A stretch of 64,000 bases of DNA. Origin: Rhina ancylostomus (Eukaryota). Location of the stretch: the NCBI GenBank assembly GCA_030265395.1, contig JARFYF010000053.1:16800971-16864970 (forward strand), given 5' to 3'. Below are positions 26,960 through 39,760 of the stretch, one piece after another (position 1 is the stretch's first letter; the number at the start of each line of letters is the position of its first letter). The position numbers were made by a program, and so were the translations under genes. The notes below the pieces were generated by a model that was not told where the DNA came from, made no database searches, and saw only the letters and a list, made by a program, of their open reading frames with translations.

Positions 26960-27490
26960 ATATGTTACGATGTACACGTCTTTGGTGAGACCACATTTGG
27001 AGGATTATGTACAGTTCTGTTCACCCAGCTATAGAATGGATGTCATTAAGCTGCAGGAAAGATTCATGAGAATGTCACCGGGATTAGAGGGCTTGAGTAA
27101 TAAGGAGAGGCTGGATAGGCTGGGACTTTCTTCCCTGGAGCATTGGAGGTTGAGAATTTATAGAGGTATATAAAATCATGATGGGTGTAGATATAGTGGA
27201 TGGTCACACTTTTTCACAGAATAGGGGAGTCTAAGACGAGAGGGCATAGACTTAAGGAGAGAGGGAAAAGATTTAAAAGGGACCCCAGGGGGATCTTTTC
27301 ACACAGAGGGTAGTTGGTATATGGAATGAGTTTCCAGAGGAAGCTGTAGGCAGAGGTACAATTACAATATTTAAAAGACATTTGGACAAGTTGATGAATA
27401 GAAAAAGCCTAGAGGGATGTGAAACAAATGTAGGCAAATGGGAGTAACCCAGGTAGACATCCTGGATGGCATAGACAACTCTATGACATA
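26960..27490 (+). mobile_element. CR1-type LINE 3' fragment
   Basis: ORF YTSLVRPHLEDYVQFCSPSYRMDVIKLQERFMRMSPGLEGLSNKERLDRLGLSSLEHWRL. Confidence 0.88.
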
Positions 27491-27834
27491 GAAAATAGTT
27501 ACAATAATCACTACTATCCTTTCTCAGTGACTTTGTGTCAGTAATTGTTTGTCTTCCATTCTGTAACTAATCATTGAGGGCATTTCTGTAAATTCAGCAC
27601 AGTGGGTTAATTATCCCTTCTAAAAAATAAAAGGCACATTACTGTTTTTTAAAACAAGTTAAAGGATAATTAGAAAGAGCCAGTAAATTCTGCCTATAGT
27701 ATGGAATTAAAAAGAGACAGGTTAGATGATGGATTCAAGCTGTTCGAGTTCTTCCAATGAATCTGCCTTTCATCAGTTTCACTGGTGATAGTGCATGCTT
27801 TTGCCCATCAATGTCTGAGATAGATAAGTATTTA

Positions 27835-30800
27835 TTGGGGCCCTGGGCAAAAAGAAAATTGTAGATCCCCTCCCAAATGTAATTAAAAACATAAAGCTAC
27901 CCCAAAATAATGATAAATAAAGCATTCAAATTTTTTTACACAGAGCATAAAGCAAGAAAGCACAACATGCAATTTCAAAACTAACTTCTCAAATTTGCCA
28001 CACAAAATTGAACAAAACAGCTGCCTTAGGAAAATGACTCAGACGCATGACTTTTTCTTTAAATGCATGTTTTAGGTTATTCCTACACCATGGTAAATGA
28101 TTACAAGAAAAAAAGGGGCCTTACCAATAGCCTTGAGCACGTCTAAAATTACCATTGACTATTCCTGCAGTTAAGTTAAAGAATTTGTCCTATAAAGTAC
28201 ACCTGAATGTTTTACTTAAATATTCCTGAAACATCAAATATGTGCTGAACTTCTTATTCAGGAAATCTCTCTCCCATTACACCTGTGCTTTTTATATAAC
28301 CATCATATAATCAGGTAACCAAAATGTGAAAAATTACAAAAATTTAAATCTCATAACAATGTTATCTTGCAATTTAAATAATCACCTTCTTCCTAACATT
28401 GAGAAAGGAAAAATAATCGTGTACAATATCATCAAGGTCAAATTGTTGCATCAGTTCTGATTCAACTGCCATTCAGACACCTCTGAGGCATTTTAGATAT
28501 CAGTTTACTCTTTAACCTCGCTATTGTCAAGAATATATGTTTTCCATCACAGCCTGCAACTGACAGGGTTAGAAAAGGTCTAAGAATAATGGATACACTG
28601 GAGAACATTGACAGAAGGACACTTTCCAACAGAACTATAATTTTGCAAGAGACTTGTCTGGTTTGTTCTGTCAAAAGAATTTGAACTGGATGAGTTCATT
28701 GGGAAAGTTCTGCTCCAAGTCATTGAGATAACTTGCAGCGAGTTCATTGGCATGCTTCTAAATGTCGGGGATGATAAACAAGTTGTGTTCAAACTGTTCC
28801 CCAATGCAATTATTTTGCATCTTATAGGCATCAGTTGATAATGAAGAAATGCTAATAACTAGTCAATGAATTAGGGAAGGGNNNNNNNAAATCTTTGGAT
28901 TTCATCAAATAAAGCCTCAAGTTCTCGGGATTCATCTGCAAACTGTTTTGGGGTACAAGTCAGATCACTAATAATTTTGCATTCTTAGCACCATTTTCAA
29001 AATTCTGGAATTGATCATGCAGGAAAATCACAAATGATTGAAGTGATTGCTTTCACTGAACTGCATAGTTCAAGTTAATATCACATTTCTGCAGAGGCAA
29101 ACCGGTCATTTCAAACCATTAGAAACGGTAGTTCCAAAATCATACCATGAAGATGGATTCCAATTGTGTCTTCTTGATCTGAAGGAATGCAGTTTCCAAA
29201 CAAGTGGTGATTCATATCTTTTGATAGGACCTTTGATGGGCTTCCTGAACGTCATTGTAATTTGGATGCAGGGCCTTCATGGAATCTGCATAACTGCTGA
29301 CATAACTTTGAATGTCAAGAATGACTGAGCAGTACAGTGACAGTTACAGCGCTGCTGCCTCACAGCTTCAGGAACCTGGGTCTGTGCGGAGTTTGCCCAT
29401 TGTTTCTGTGACTGTGTAGGTTTCCTCCAGGTGCTCCATTTTCCTCCCACATTCCAAAGGCATCCTGGTAAGTTAATTGCCAACTGNNNNNNNNNNNNNN
29501 NNNNNNNNNNNNNNNNNNNNNNNNNNNNNNNNNNNNNNNNNNNNNNNNNNNNNNNNNNNNNNNNNNNNNNNNNNNNNNNNNNNNNNTGAAGGCAGAAGCT
29601 GATGCTTTGGCTAAACTTTTAACCAGTTCTAACATCAGAGGAAGGTTATTCACACAGAGAGTGGTTGGGGCATGGAATGCGCTGCCTGGGGCAATGGTGG
29701 AGGCTGACACGTTGGTCAAGTCCAAGAGATTGTTAGATAAACATGTGGAGGAATTTAAAATAGGGGGATATGTGGGAGGAAGGGGTTAGTTGGTCTTAGG
29801 CGTGGTTTAAAGGTCGGCACAACATGGTGGGCCGAAGGGCCTGTATTGTGCTGTACTGTTCTATGGTTCTATGGTTTAAAATAAGATTAAGGAAAGCCCC
29901 TTCCCAGCAATATGTAGATGCTGAGCAGAAAGTGCAATAAGCTAAAGAAAAATTGAATGGTAAATAAAATTAATTTCCACTAAATTTTTAAAATGGGCAG
30001 CACAAGAAGTTTTGCAAATCAGTAGCTTTGATGACTTTAAATGTCTCTGCACATCACAGTATCATCCCCACATAATGCGAGTGTTGTCAATTGATTGTCC
30101 GCAGTAATTAAAAGTGCCCAAACCTAGGTGTAAGTACACAGTCAGCAAGCTGTTCACCTGTGTAATTCTCAGTGGTTCAAACCCAATGAATCCTTCTACA
30201 CTATCCCCTGAATCAACAAATCTGAATATGAAGGTCAACTGACCAACAAATGAAAAAAATCCATTGCTGAATTCATGATCATTGAAAAATAATTGGCTTG
30301 TTGCAGTTCTGCTACTAACGTATTTTTAATTTCCTGCCCCATCAATAAGTACTTGATAACAAATAGGGATTATTTCTGCCCTTCTTTCCACACTTAGCCA
30401 CTCTATCTGTCAAAGATAGACACAAATTCTGCATTAAAAGTCCTTAAAATAGTTTCCATTCTGTAGTAGCAACATTCCAATTGAAACTTTGTCTTAGATC
30501 TGTATTGACTGTACCTGCTGCCACCGAACACTGTCTCCATGCCAACATGCTGTTCTGATATTCCAGGCTTCTCTCATGATCTGATAGGTGATGAGGGTGT
30601 TTTCACTTGTCAGATCCTTCAAGAAGTCAATGCACATTAGCGGAAGGAGATTTGCAGGGATACAATAGATTTTTCCAGTGGATGGTGGGGAAATAAGCCA
30701 GTCCCATGTAACAGGTTCACCATTGTGCAGCTGACAAAAAAAAGGCAACAAACTCATCTTCCCTCCAATCAACCCCAGCAGATATAACGAATCTTCTTAA

Positions 30801-31130
30801 TTTTGACAAACAGCTGAACTCTTAGCATCTGGAATTGAACTGTCATCATTGATATTCTGTGATGCAGGATTACTGCCAAATTGACCTGCTTAATTTGCGT
30901 TTCTTTCACCCACAAAGCTTGCTCCATGTTTGTCTATTTCCTGCTGTTTGTGGTCTGCTGTTTTGTCGTCTGCTGTTTTGTCATCATGTTCAAGGCCTGT
31001 ATTGCCAGAAGGACAAAGTGTTGGCATCTTTTGAAACAAAGAAGCATCTTGAGCCTCCTTTGCTTGCTTAAGGTTTCTCTTTCCACTCCAGTTTCAGAAA
31101 CACCAATCCACACTGGATGATTTTACTTGA
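27835..31130 (-). mobile_element. Decayed hAT-superfamily DNA transposon (ZMYM1-like transposase fossil)
   Basis: Collinear minus-strand remnants: SGKRNLKQAKEAQDASL (~31050); zinc-finger-like QLHNGEPVTWDWLISPPSTGKIYC (~30660-30735); YFSMIMNS..QLTFIFRFVD..VEGFIG (~30180-30295); CGQSIDN..M.G and CAAH (~29993-30105); dimerisation-domain-like FSSVSIILRPFLTLSVAGCDGKHIF..LKSKLISKMPQRCLNG (~28465-28605). Many stops and frameshifts; ends uncertain. Confidence 0.85.
29325..29876 (+). mobile_element. V-SINE 5' part and CR1 3' end (gap between them) inserted into the hAT fossil
   Basis: gtgcggagtttgccc..ggtttcctccaggtgctcc core, then RGRLFTQRVVGAWNALPGAMVEADTL and a (ttctatgg)n tail. The hAT remnants resume on both sides. 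Confidence 0.8.
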
Positions 31131-31929
31131 ACCCAGAATACTTACTGGTTTATATGGACCACATCTGGTCCAAGTACCAATACTATGATTTAGTGCAGAC
31201 ACAAAGAGTAGACACTAACCAACAAAGAAAAGGAGAGGAAAATATAAGGTCTCCGAAAGTCAAAGCTGCTAATAGAATAATGCTGCATAAACTTGGGGAA
31301 GATCACTCGAAAAACTTAACAGGATTCCCTATGTTCCATAAATGGCATTAGTTCATCTAATCTCCAAACAGGATTCCTGCTGGCTTTTTCACTTTTTTAT
31401 GCCATCTCAGTTTTGTCTAGCTCTTTCTGGCTATCATGACGGCAATTCCTGCCAGGTTTATTTTGAAAGAGTTCTGCTTGGATGAAGAGAAGGAGCTTCA
31501 GTGTTCACCAATTGATAAAACCTGTCGCTCCATTAATGTTCAGCTGGTGCCTGATCACAGAAACAAGATCAGACAACTATCTGTAATAAATCCAGGCAGT
31601 TGTCATGAAACATTCATTCTGTGATAATCCAGATTTTGACTATCCCAGGAATGTGGCAGGAAGGATGCTGTGAAAGAGGGTTTAATCTCTTACTTGCATT
31701 TCTATCGTACTGGCAATTTCCAGTATGCTTCACAGCCAATAATGTACTTTTGAATTTTACTCACTGTTTTGTAATATAAGTTGGGTTAATGTGGTCCTTG
31801 ACTATTTGATCCATCTGTATAATCAAAGCTGATGATTGTTGAACACATTGCAGGTGTGCTTAAACAGAGGTTCGACGCTTATCGAAGACTTGGTGTTTCC
31901 TCCAATCTGGTCCACGTAGCCTCCTGCAT

Positions 31930-32095
31930 TGGACACCAATCTCTCCTCCTTGGACTCTGTTTTTACCTCTCGCTGTCTTGGTGTAGCAACCAGCATAATC
32001 AAAGACCCCACCCACCTGGGACATTCTCTCTTCTCTCCTCTTCCATCGGGTAGAAGATACAGGAACCTGAGGGCACATACCACCAGACTTAAGGA
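31930..32095 (+). mobile_element. Rex1/Babar-type LINE 3' fragment
   Basis: ATSIIKDPTHLGHSLFSPLPSGRRYRNLRAHTTRLK resembles the recalled Rex1 ORF C-terminus. Confidence 0.75.
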
Positions 32096-33759
32096 NNNNN
32101 NNNNNNNNNNNNNNNNNNNNNNNNNNNNNNNNNNNNNNNNNNNNNNNNNNNNNNNNNNNNNNNNNNNNNNNNNNNNNNNNNNNNNNNNNNNNNNNAGACA
32201 TTCCCCAACCCTCAAAATTAACAGCTGATATGTCGTTGGCAGTAGTAGTTCTTGTTATAGACAATCTGCTGGAGGAGCTCAGTGGGTCAAGTTGGATCTG
32301 TTGAAGGAAAGGACTTGTCGACATTTTGGGTTGAAGCCCTGCATTAGGATTTCTTGTTATTATCTTTACATGTTATTAATTTTTCACTCTTATGTCCACA
32401 GTACAGAATGCAGAAACCAGAATTTTTCTGCTGTCTGTGTGGAGTTTGCACGTATTCCCTGTTACCCTGGGTGATCCAGTTTCCTCCGACATCCTGAAGA
32501 TATGCAGATTGATTGGTTAATTGTCCATTGTAAATTACCCCTGTTGTGTTTGTGAGCAGTGGAATCTGGGGGAGTTGATGGGAATGTTGGGAGAAATGAA
32601 AGTAGGATTAGTGTAATCGATTGGGGGGGGCTGAAGCAGAGGGATTATGATTTTGGATTAACTTTTATCTCATATAAGGAAGACATCAGCAGCTCATCTT
32701 CTCAACTGCTGCAGTCCTTCTGGTTATCATGGCTACGATTCTTGCCAGATTTGTGTTGATGGATTAATGCTTCAATGAAAAGGCTAGTAGGTCGAGAGTT
32801 CCAGGATTTAAATCCAGCAACAAAGAAGGAACATTGATCTAGTTCTAAGCCAGGATAGTATGAAGCTTTGAGTTGATCCTGCAAGTGGCAGTATTCTCTT
32901 GTCCTTGGTAGAGGTGATGGGTGTAGGGGGTGCTGTTAGAATAGCTTAACCATTTTACTGTAGTACATTTAGTAGGCAGTGCATAGGTCTATAATAAATT
33001 GCAACCAAATTGATTATGACAATAAGAAAACCTGCAATTTCAATATCATCCTTCGCTAACTATATTTTTAACATTCTTGGTTCTTTTCTGAATTACCAAG
33101 TCAAGTCATTATAGCACTTTCCAGTCTTTGTCCATAAACAAAAAAAAATGGTCTATAGTCTTTGCACCGTATCTATTTTCTGAAAGCTGAGATCTTAGAA
33201 CAAAATTCAAGGTTAACATTATAATAGTTTCATCATTGCTAAAAAAAAGAACTGGATTTATTATGTCCTTGAGGTTTTATTTCAATTATTATTGATTAAA
33301 ACTGGCTAAAATTAATCTGATGTGACTGGAAATAGGTATGGCAGACTAAAATCCACAAGAATTTTCATTCAGATAGATCTGCTTTGTATCTGGAATCTCT
33401 GATCTGTCATTTTGAAATGAAACAGAATGTGGATTTTGTATTGCAATACAGCAACTCATCAAGATCCACATCCCAGAACAAATAATCACAGGTTAATTAG
33501 GGAGTAGCCATCATCCTTTTCCTGTTAAAACTTCAAACTATGTTTTTTAAAATATTTCTTAACATTCCTGCTGTTTCTACATTATATTTGTTGAGTATGA
33601 ACTACGTGAGATGAGGGTGCTTTTAACAAGAGCTTATTTTAAATCAGCACCCAAGTATGTGGTCAGCTTTCTGAGCAGGACCTGTTTGGAACAAAGTCAT
33701 TCTTGAAACTGAGTAACAGTAAGTTTGAACCAAAATAGTTTTGGGCATAATTCATTTTA

Positions 33760-34010
33760 GAACATAGAATATAGAACAGTATAGCACAATACAGGCCCTT
33801 CAGCCCCCAATGTTGTGTCAACCTTTAAACCTCACCTAAGACTATCTAACCCTTTCCTCCCACATATCCCTCTATTTTAAATTCCTCCATATACCTATCC
33901 AGTAATCTCTTGAATTTGACTAATTTACCTTACTCCACCACTGCCCCAGGCAGTGCATTCCATGCCCCAACCACTCTCTGGGGAAAAAAAACTTCCTTTG
34001 ATATCTCCCT
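33760..34010 (-). mobile_element. CR1 (HER1-like) 3' end
   Basis: Reverse complement closely matches 29640-29876; tail reads agaacatagaatatagaacagt on +. Confidence 0.82.
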
Positions 34011-34304
34011 TGTTTTAGTTCAGTTTTTTTTACAATCTTTTGAACTGTGTTGTCCTGTTACTGCCAGATTACACTAATGCTGCCAGTGCAAACTGCTCTT
34101 CTGTTTGATGATTAACATTTTTTTTTAATTTTCTCTCCAGTTGTTCCCCTTAATTTTCTAATAGTCTATCATTTAGAGGATTATAAAATCAATCAGGATA
34201 AACAAAGTGGATGTCAGGACCAGCATTGTGATCCAGAAAATGGCACAGATTGTGAGCTCAAGTCCCTTTCTAAAGAATTGAACACAAAATATCGAGATTT
34301 GATG

Positions 34305-34650
34305 GGTAGCCACAGTGGCACTGCAGTTAGCACTATTCCCTCAAAGCTCCAGAGACCCAGATTTGATCCTGACCATGGGTGGACTTTATACATTCTCCTT
34401 CTGACCACGTGGGGTTTTTCTGCATGCTCTGGTTCTCTCCCACATCCCAAAGGCATTCTGGTAAGTGAATTGGCTACTAAACTAGTTACCCTTTAGTGAA
34501 GGCAGGTGGCAACAAATCAAAGGGAAATTGATGGGCATGTGAAAAAGAATAAGTTGCAGAAGTACAGGGGAAATCAGAGAGGGAATACATCCAAAGCACC
34601 TCAGGTAGCCCAATGGGGTCAGTGGCCATCTTCTGTGTCACAAGTAAATT
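34305..34650 (+). mobile_element. V-SINE-like element
   Basis: cacagtggcactgcagttagc..atttgatcctgacc..accacgtggggtttttc..cccacatcccaaagg. Confidence 0.7.
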
Positions 34651-34654
34651 GGTT

Positions 34655-34880
34655 TGGCACTGAGTGAGTGCTATTATATCAGAGCTGCTGTCTTTCAGAT
34701 AAGGCATTAAACTGAAACTCTGTCCCACTTCTCAGATGGACGTGAGCACAATATTGTGGCCGACATTTACTCAGATCGACATCACTAAAAGCTCTTCATT
34801 TGACCATTATCACATTGTTGCGTGTGGGATCCTGCTGTTTACAAATCTGCTGCCACAATTGCTAATTACAACAGTGAAGG
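34655..34880 (+). mobile_element. DeuSINE (SacSINE1/AmnSINE1-related) fragment
   Basis: ctcagatggacgt..acatcactaaaa..cattatcacattgttgcgtgtgggatcctgctgtttacaaatctgctgcc..ttacaacagtg matches the recalled Deu domain. Confidence 0.72.
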
Positions 34881-35108
34881 TACACTAGTATAGAGGTTCT
34901 AGACTATCCTCCTGAGGCTTGGAATGTGACAGACTTGAGTTCAAAGGTCATCAAGGGAAATGGGGAATATAAGTTCAAGTAATTAGTTAAATCTGGAATG
35001 CATATACTGTTATAAAAAAAAACAACAAATTGACTAAGGCACTTCAGGGAAGGAAATGTGACATTCCTACCCAGTCTGGCCTAGGTATTACCCAGACCCA
35101 CAGCAACG

Positions 35109-35445
35109 TGTTATGAACCAGCAACAAAAGAAACACACCGAGACATGTATAAGTGTTAAAAACTACTTTATTAATAACTACATATNNNNNNNNNNNNNNN
35201 NNNNNNNNNNNNNNNNNNNNNNNNNNNNNNNNNNNNNNNNNNNNNNNNNNNNNNNNNNNNNNNNNNNNNNNNNNNNNNNNNNNNNNNNNNNNNNNNNNNN
35301 NNNNNNNNNNNNNNNNNNNNNNNNNNNNNNNNNNNNNNNNNNNNNNNNNNNNNNNNNNNNNNNNNNNNNNNNNNNNNNNNNNNNNNNNNNNNNNNNNNNN
35401 NNNNNNNNNNNNNNNNNNNNNNNNNAATAGTCCTAGTCCGTAACA
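35109..35445 (-). mobile_element. Solo LTR, probably Gypsy-type (interior gapped)
   Basis: Ends TGTTA...TAACA; 4-nt flanks AACG (35105-35108) and AATG (35446-35449) differ by a CpG-type transition; TTTATT (minus-strand AATAAA) near 35167. Confidence 0.62.
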
Positions 35446-36164
35446 AATGTAAAACGGTTTCTGGCATTCTGAAGCCATGAAAACATGGGACTGAGTAGAT
35501 CACTGATATAATTTACTCTGGTCAGGCTCATCATTTCTGAAGCTATTAAGATCCAGTGAGCAACTTCATGATTGTACCCAACAGTCACTTCATATACTGT
35601 ATAGCCCAACCATTTTCTCTCCCAATGCCCAGTTTCCCCAAAACTGAGATCAAATACTAATCTTATTGAGATTTCAATATTTGATCCCACCCTTCTGGAA
35701 GAATATTACAAAATAGTGACAAGGGAACGATCCTAAAGTCTTCCCCTTCAATGATATAACCTTCCTGAGAATCTCATGTTAAGTCAATTACCAAGGACAA
35801 TCTTATCACACAATTTCATTGCTCGCTCCCAGCTTACATAAAAGATGAATGCTTCAATAGAATAACTGTGGAAACAGGCGGAATTGCCCAGTTTAATGAA
35901 AAGACTGGTAATGTACTATAATTCTTTAAATCCTCCTTTACATTTTAATCTTCCAGGTTCACTCCTCTTCATATAATCTTCAGAGCTAGGGAAGTGGGAG
36001 TGTTTGTGTACAGGACAGACAAATGAGCTGCAGCCTACATTCATGATAAAGAGCAGCTGTACATGCCAAGGGGTGATACTGATGCTATGTGTCAGCTTGG
36101 ATGCCAAGCTATTAACTAAATTCTGGCTATGTGAATAACAGGTACAATATCAGAAGAATTGAAT

Positions 36165-36420
36165 GTTGAGATATTAAACCCCATCTGTCTGCCTGGGTAG
36201 AATAAGTGATCCCATGACAATATTTTGAAGAATGGTGGACTTAAATACAGTATCTTAATCAATATTTACTTTTTAATCAGCATACTTGAAAACTAATTGC
36301 TGGCAATTGTAGTATTGCTGAATGTGGCAACTTGCTGTACACAAAGTGGCTACATGTTTTAAGAAGTATTTAATTGATTGAAAAACAGCTTGAGATGTCC
36401 TGTGGTCATGTGATCTGGTC
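36165..36420 (+). mobile_element. DeuSINE fragment
   Basis: gatcccatgacaatattttgaagaa..cttgctgtacacaaagtggct..gatgtcctgtggtcatgtg. Confidence 0.6.
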
Positions 36421-36774
36421 AAATCTAAGACTGAGGCACACATGATACAAAAGTTTACTTTTAGATGGCAACATGATGCAAAGTGTTTTGTTGTCAACAA
36501 AATCCCTTTGAAGGTTAACCTGTATTGTAGGACACAGGACATTTGTATTTAGGAACCTTCCATAGAGAAAATTACCAGCACAGTACAATGTGAGACCAGA
36601 ATGAAGCTGTAGATCATTCTCACGTCTTGCAAAAGACCACATTAAGTGAAGTTCTGTTGATTCACCCACAGCACATTCCTTGAATCTATATATCGAACAA
36701 TTGAAGTCAAGCAAATTCACTTGCTGGATAACATGCTGTGCCATTAAAGAGATACTTCCCACTTGATTGAATTT

Positions 36775-37960
36775 TTACAAACTTGATTGAGTTTTTTGAG
36801 GAGATGACGAAGATGATTGATGAGGGCAGGGTGGTGAATGTTGTCTACATGAACTTTAGTAAAACATTCAACAAGGTTCTCATGGAGGCTAATCCAGAAG
36901 ATTAAAGCACATGGGATCTATGGAGACATGATGGATTAGGTTCAAAACTGGCTTGGTTATTTAAGATAAAGGGNNNNNNNNNNNNNNNNNNNNNNNNNNN
37001 NNNNNNNNNNNNNNNNNNNNNNNNNNNNNNNNNNNNNNNNNNNNNNNNNNNNNNTATATATAGAAATGATTTCAATGAAAATGTAGGTGGGCTGATTAGT
37101 AAATTTGCAGATGACATGGAAATTAGTGGTATTGTGGATAGTGGGGAAGGTTCTCAAAGGATATACATTGGTTGGAAATATGGGCAGAGGTATGGCAGAT
37201 GGAGTTTTATTCGGACAAGTGAGAGATGTTGCACTTTGGGAGGTCAAATGTGAGAGGAAAGTATACAGTAAATGGCAGGACCCTAAGGAGCATTGATGTA
37301 CAGAGAAACCTTAGGGTGTAAGTCCACAGCTCGCTGAAAATGGCAACATAAATAGATAGGGTGGTAAAGAAGGTAAATGATGTACTTACCTTTATCAGTT
37401 GGGGCACTGTGTATAAAATATGGGAAATAATGCTGCAGTTGTAAAAACCTTTGGTTTGACCACATTTAAAGTATAATGTGCAGTTCTAGTTGCTGCATTA
37501 CACAAAGTATGTGGAGGCTTTGGAAAGGATGCAAAAGAGTTTCACCAGGATGTTTCCTGGATTAGTGAGTATCAGCTATAAGGAGAGGTTGGGCAGACTC
37601 AGATCGTTAACCCTGGAGCACTGGAAGCTGATAGAAGTATATAAAATTATGAGAGGTAGAGACAGGGTAAATAGTCAGAGTCCTTTCTTGCAGGGTGGAA
37701 ATGTCAAATGCTAGATGACATAGATTTCAGGTGAGAGGGGGAAAGTTTAGAGGAGATTTGTGAAAGTTGTAGGTCCCTGGAACAAGTTACCAAGGGAGGT
37801 GTTGGAAGCAAATATGTGAGCACCATTTCAAAGGCATTCAGACAGGCACATGAATGGGCAGGGATTAGAGCAATATGGACCATGTGGGGGCAAATGGGAT
37901 TAGTTTAAATTGGCATCATGGCTGGCACAGACATCACGTGCTGTGCTATGTTCTATGTCT
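36775..37960 (+). mobile_element. CR1-type LINE 3' part
   Basis: Decayed RT and C-terminal sequence (ttgattgagttttttgaggagatgacgaag; attagtaaatttgcagatgaca = ISKFADD; ORF VEALERMQKSFTRMFPGL). Confidence 0.88.
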
Positions 37961-39444
37961 TTGTTATCGTACATTGGCCTCCTGCATGGCCAGACGAGCA
38001 TCTCAACCGAATGATACTCCTCCCAGGACTTTTCATGCAATGCATTGACCAGAGAAAAGTGGCAGAATTTCTCTTCATTCAAACAAGTAACACAAAGTCA
38101 CAGTTTATCTTAAAGTGCTTATTTTTAAACTACTTATTTTTAAATAAGTAGTTAAGCTACTTTTTTCACTGCATCCTCTGCTGCACCAACACAATTAAAT
38201 ACTGCATGATTAATGGTGTTAGAAAGGTTGTACTCAAAGTGACACAATGCTATATTTAATAGGTATTTAATACTTAACAGCTCTTAATACATGATTCAAA
38301 TTCATGTGGTCCAGGGCGTGGGGTGGCTGAAGTGCAGAGAGGAAATTCCCTCCATCCGATATCATTTGGGAGGCCTTACCAAGGATACCAACAACACTTT
38401 TATATTAATGTAAAGGAGGAAATTGGCAGCATGAGGAGGACTGGGTGAAAGCTGTGCCTTAAGTCTACTGTCTGAGCATGACCAAAGAACTAAGGCAGTC
38501 TGATATATAGAAGATATGCTCCAGGGCAAATGTCCACGGGCTTGTGAAAGATTTGCTGCAGTTCAAGTCAGCCCTGCTTTAGACTATTACTCTAAAAGTC
38601 TGAAGTCAAGGGATAATCCTTGTTAAGAATATTCAGCAGCACCAAAACTTGGGAAAACTTCCTTTACTGATTCACTGATTAAACACAGTCCTTCACACTA
38701 TACTGAACTTCAGTCACCAGACTCTGATCTGACTCCTGTATTAGAATTACTGTGCAACCTCTTCTTCCTTCAAGCTGGTGCCTTCTTTTTAAATTAGTCC
38801 CTGCCCTTGCTGCAGGCTATTCCTGCCAGATGACTCACAATGTTCGGATCTTGCATCTAAACTAAATTACAGGGCTTGGATTCTGTTACGGCACCTGCAT
38901 TGATAGCCAGCACTGCATGGGATGGTGGTGTTCCTGTCTTCTGCTGTTTAATTGATACCTTCAGTTGTGCGAAAGAGGTGTGGCAGTGAATGTTGTGTAA
39001 TGTCCTATGAACACACAGTAAGGTTTGCATTTGGAGCTGTTGACGGTTTTATATGTGTGTGAAGGTTCAGCAGGACATAAGAATGTAAGTTACAAGACCT
39101 GTTTGGTAGAGCTTTTTGGACGATGAGTAATTTTGTATCTTGACTAATAGTGTGGATGGTTAGATATGGATTCACTGACCCTGAACACTCACTGAACTTA
39201 TTACACTACTGCATCTGGGACCTTGGATTTGATTCCTGGTGTTGCAGTTCGCAGCTATTCCTATTATATTTGGAATGACTCTTAGTCTCCATGTAGGATC
39301 AGGACAAACATTCTTCCATCCTTCTCATGTATCAAAGCCTTTAGTAGATCTTCAGATGAAACATGGAAGCAACTCTCTTCTTTGTAATTCATTGTCTTCC
39401 AGCACAGAAGAGCTCCAGATGCCTGCCAGTACCTTTATGTCAAA

Positions 39445-39760
39445 GTCACAGAGTCATAGAGAGATACAGTATGGAAACAGACCCTTCAGCACCCATTTTT
39501 ACACCTACCCTAACCCAGCCAATTTTATTCTCCCACATTCTCATCAACTTCCCCCAAATTCTACCAATCACCTATACATGGTACAAATGACAATAGCCAA
39601 TCAACCTTTTTGAGCTATGGGGGGAAACTGGAGCAAGTGAAGGAAATCCACAGAGAGACTGTGTAAACTTCACACAGTCAGCAGTGGGGAGTCAGGATTG
39701 AACCTGGGTTACTGGAGCTGTGAGGCAGAAGTTCTACTAGCTTCACCACTATGCGTTCCC
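39445..39760 (-). mobile_element. V-SINE
   Basis: caggattgaacctgggttactggagctgtgaggcag and ggggaaactggagca on +; agtcacagagtcatagag tail. Confidence 0.75.

Noticed and set aside
38884-39205. TGTTA-starting segment ending in TTACA, LTR-like
   Set aside because: No matching target-site duplication and no second copy in the window; unsupported.
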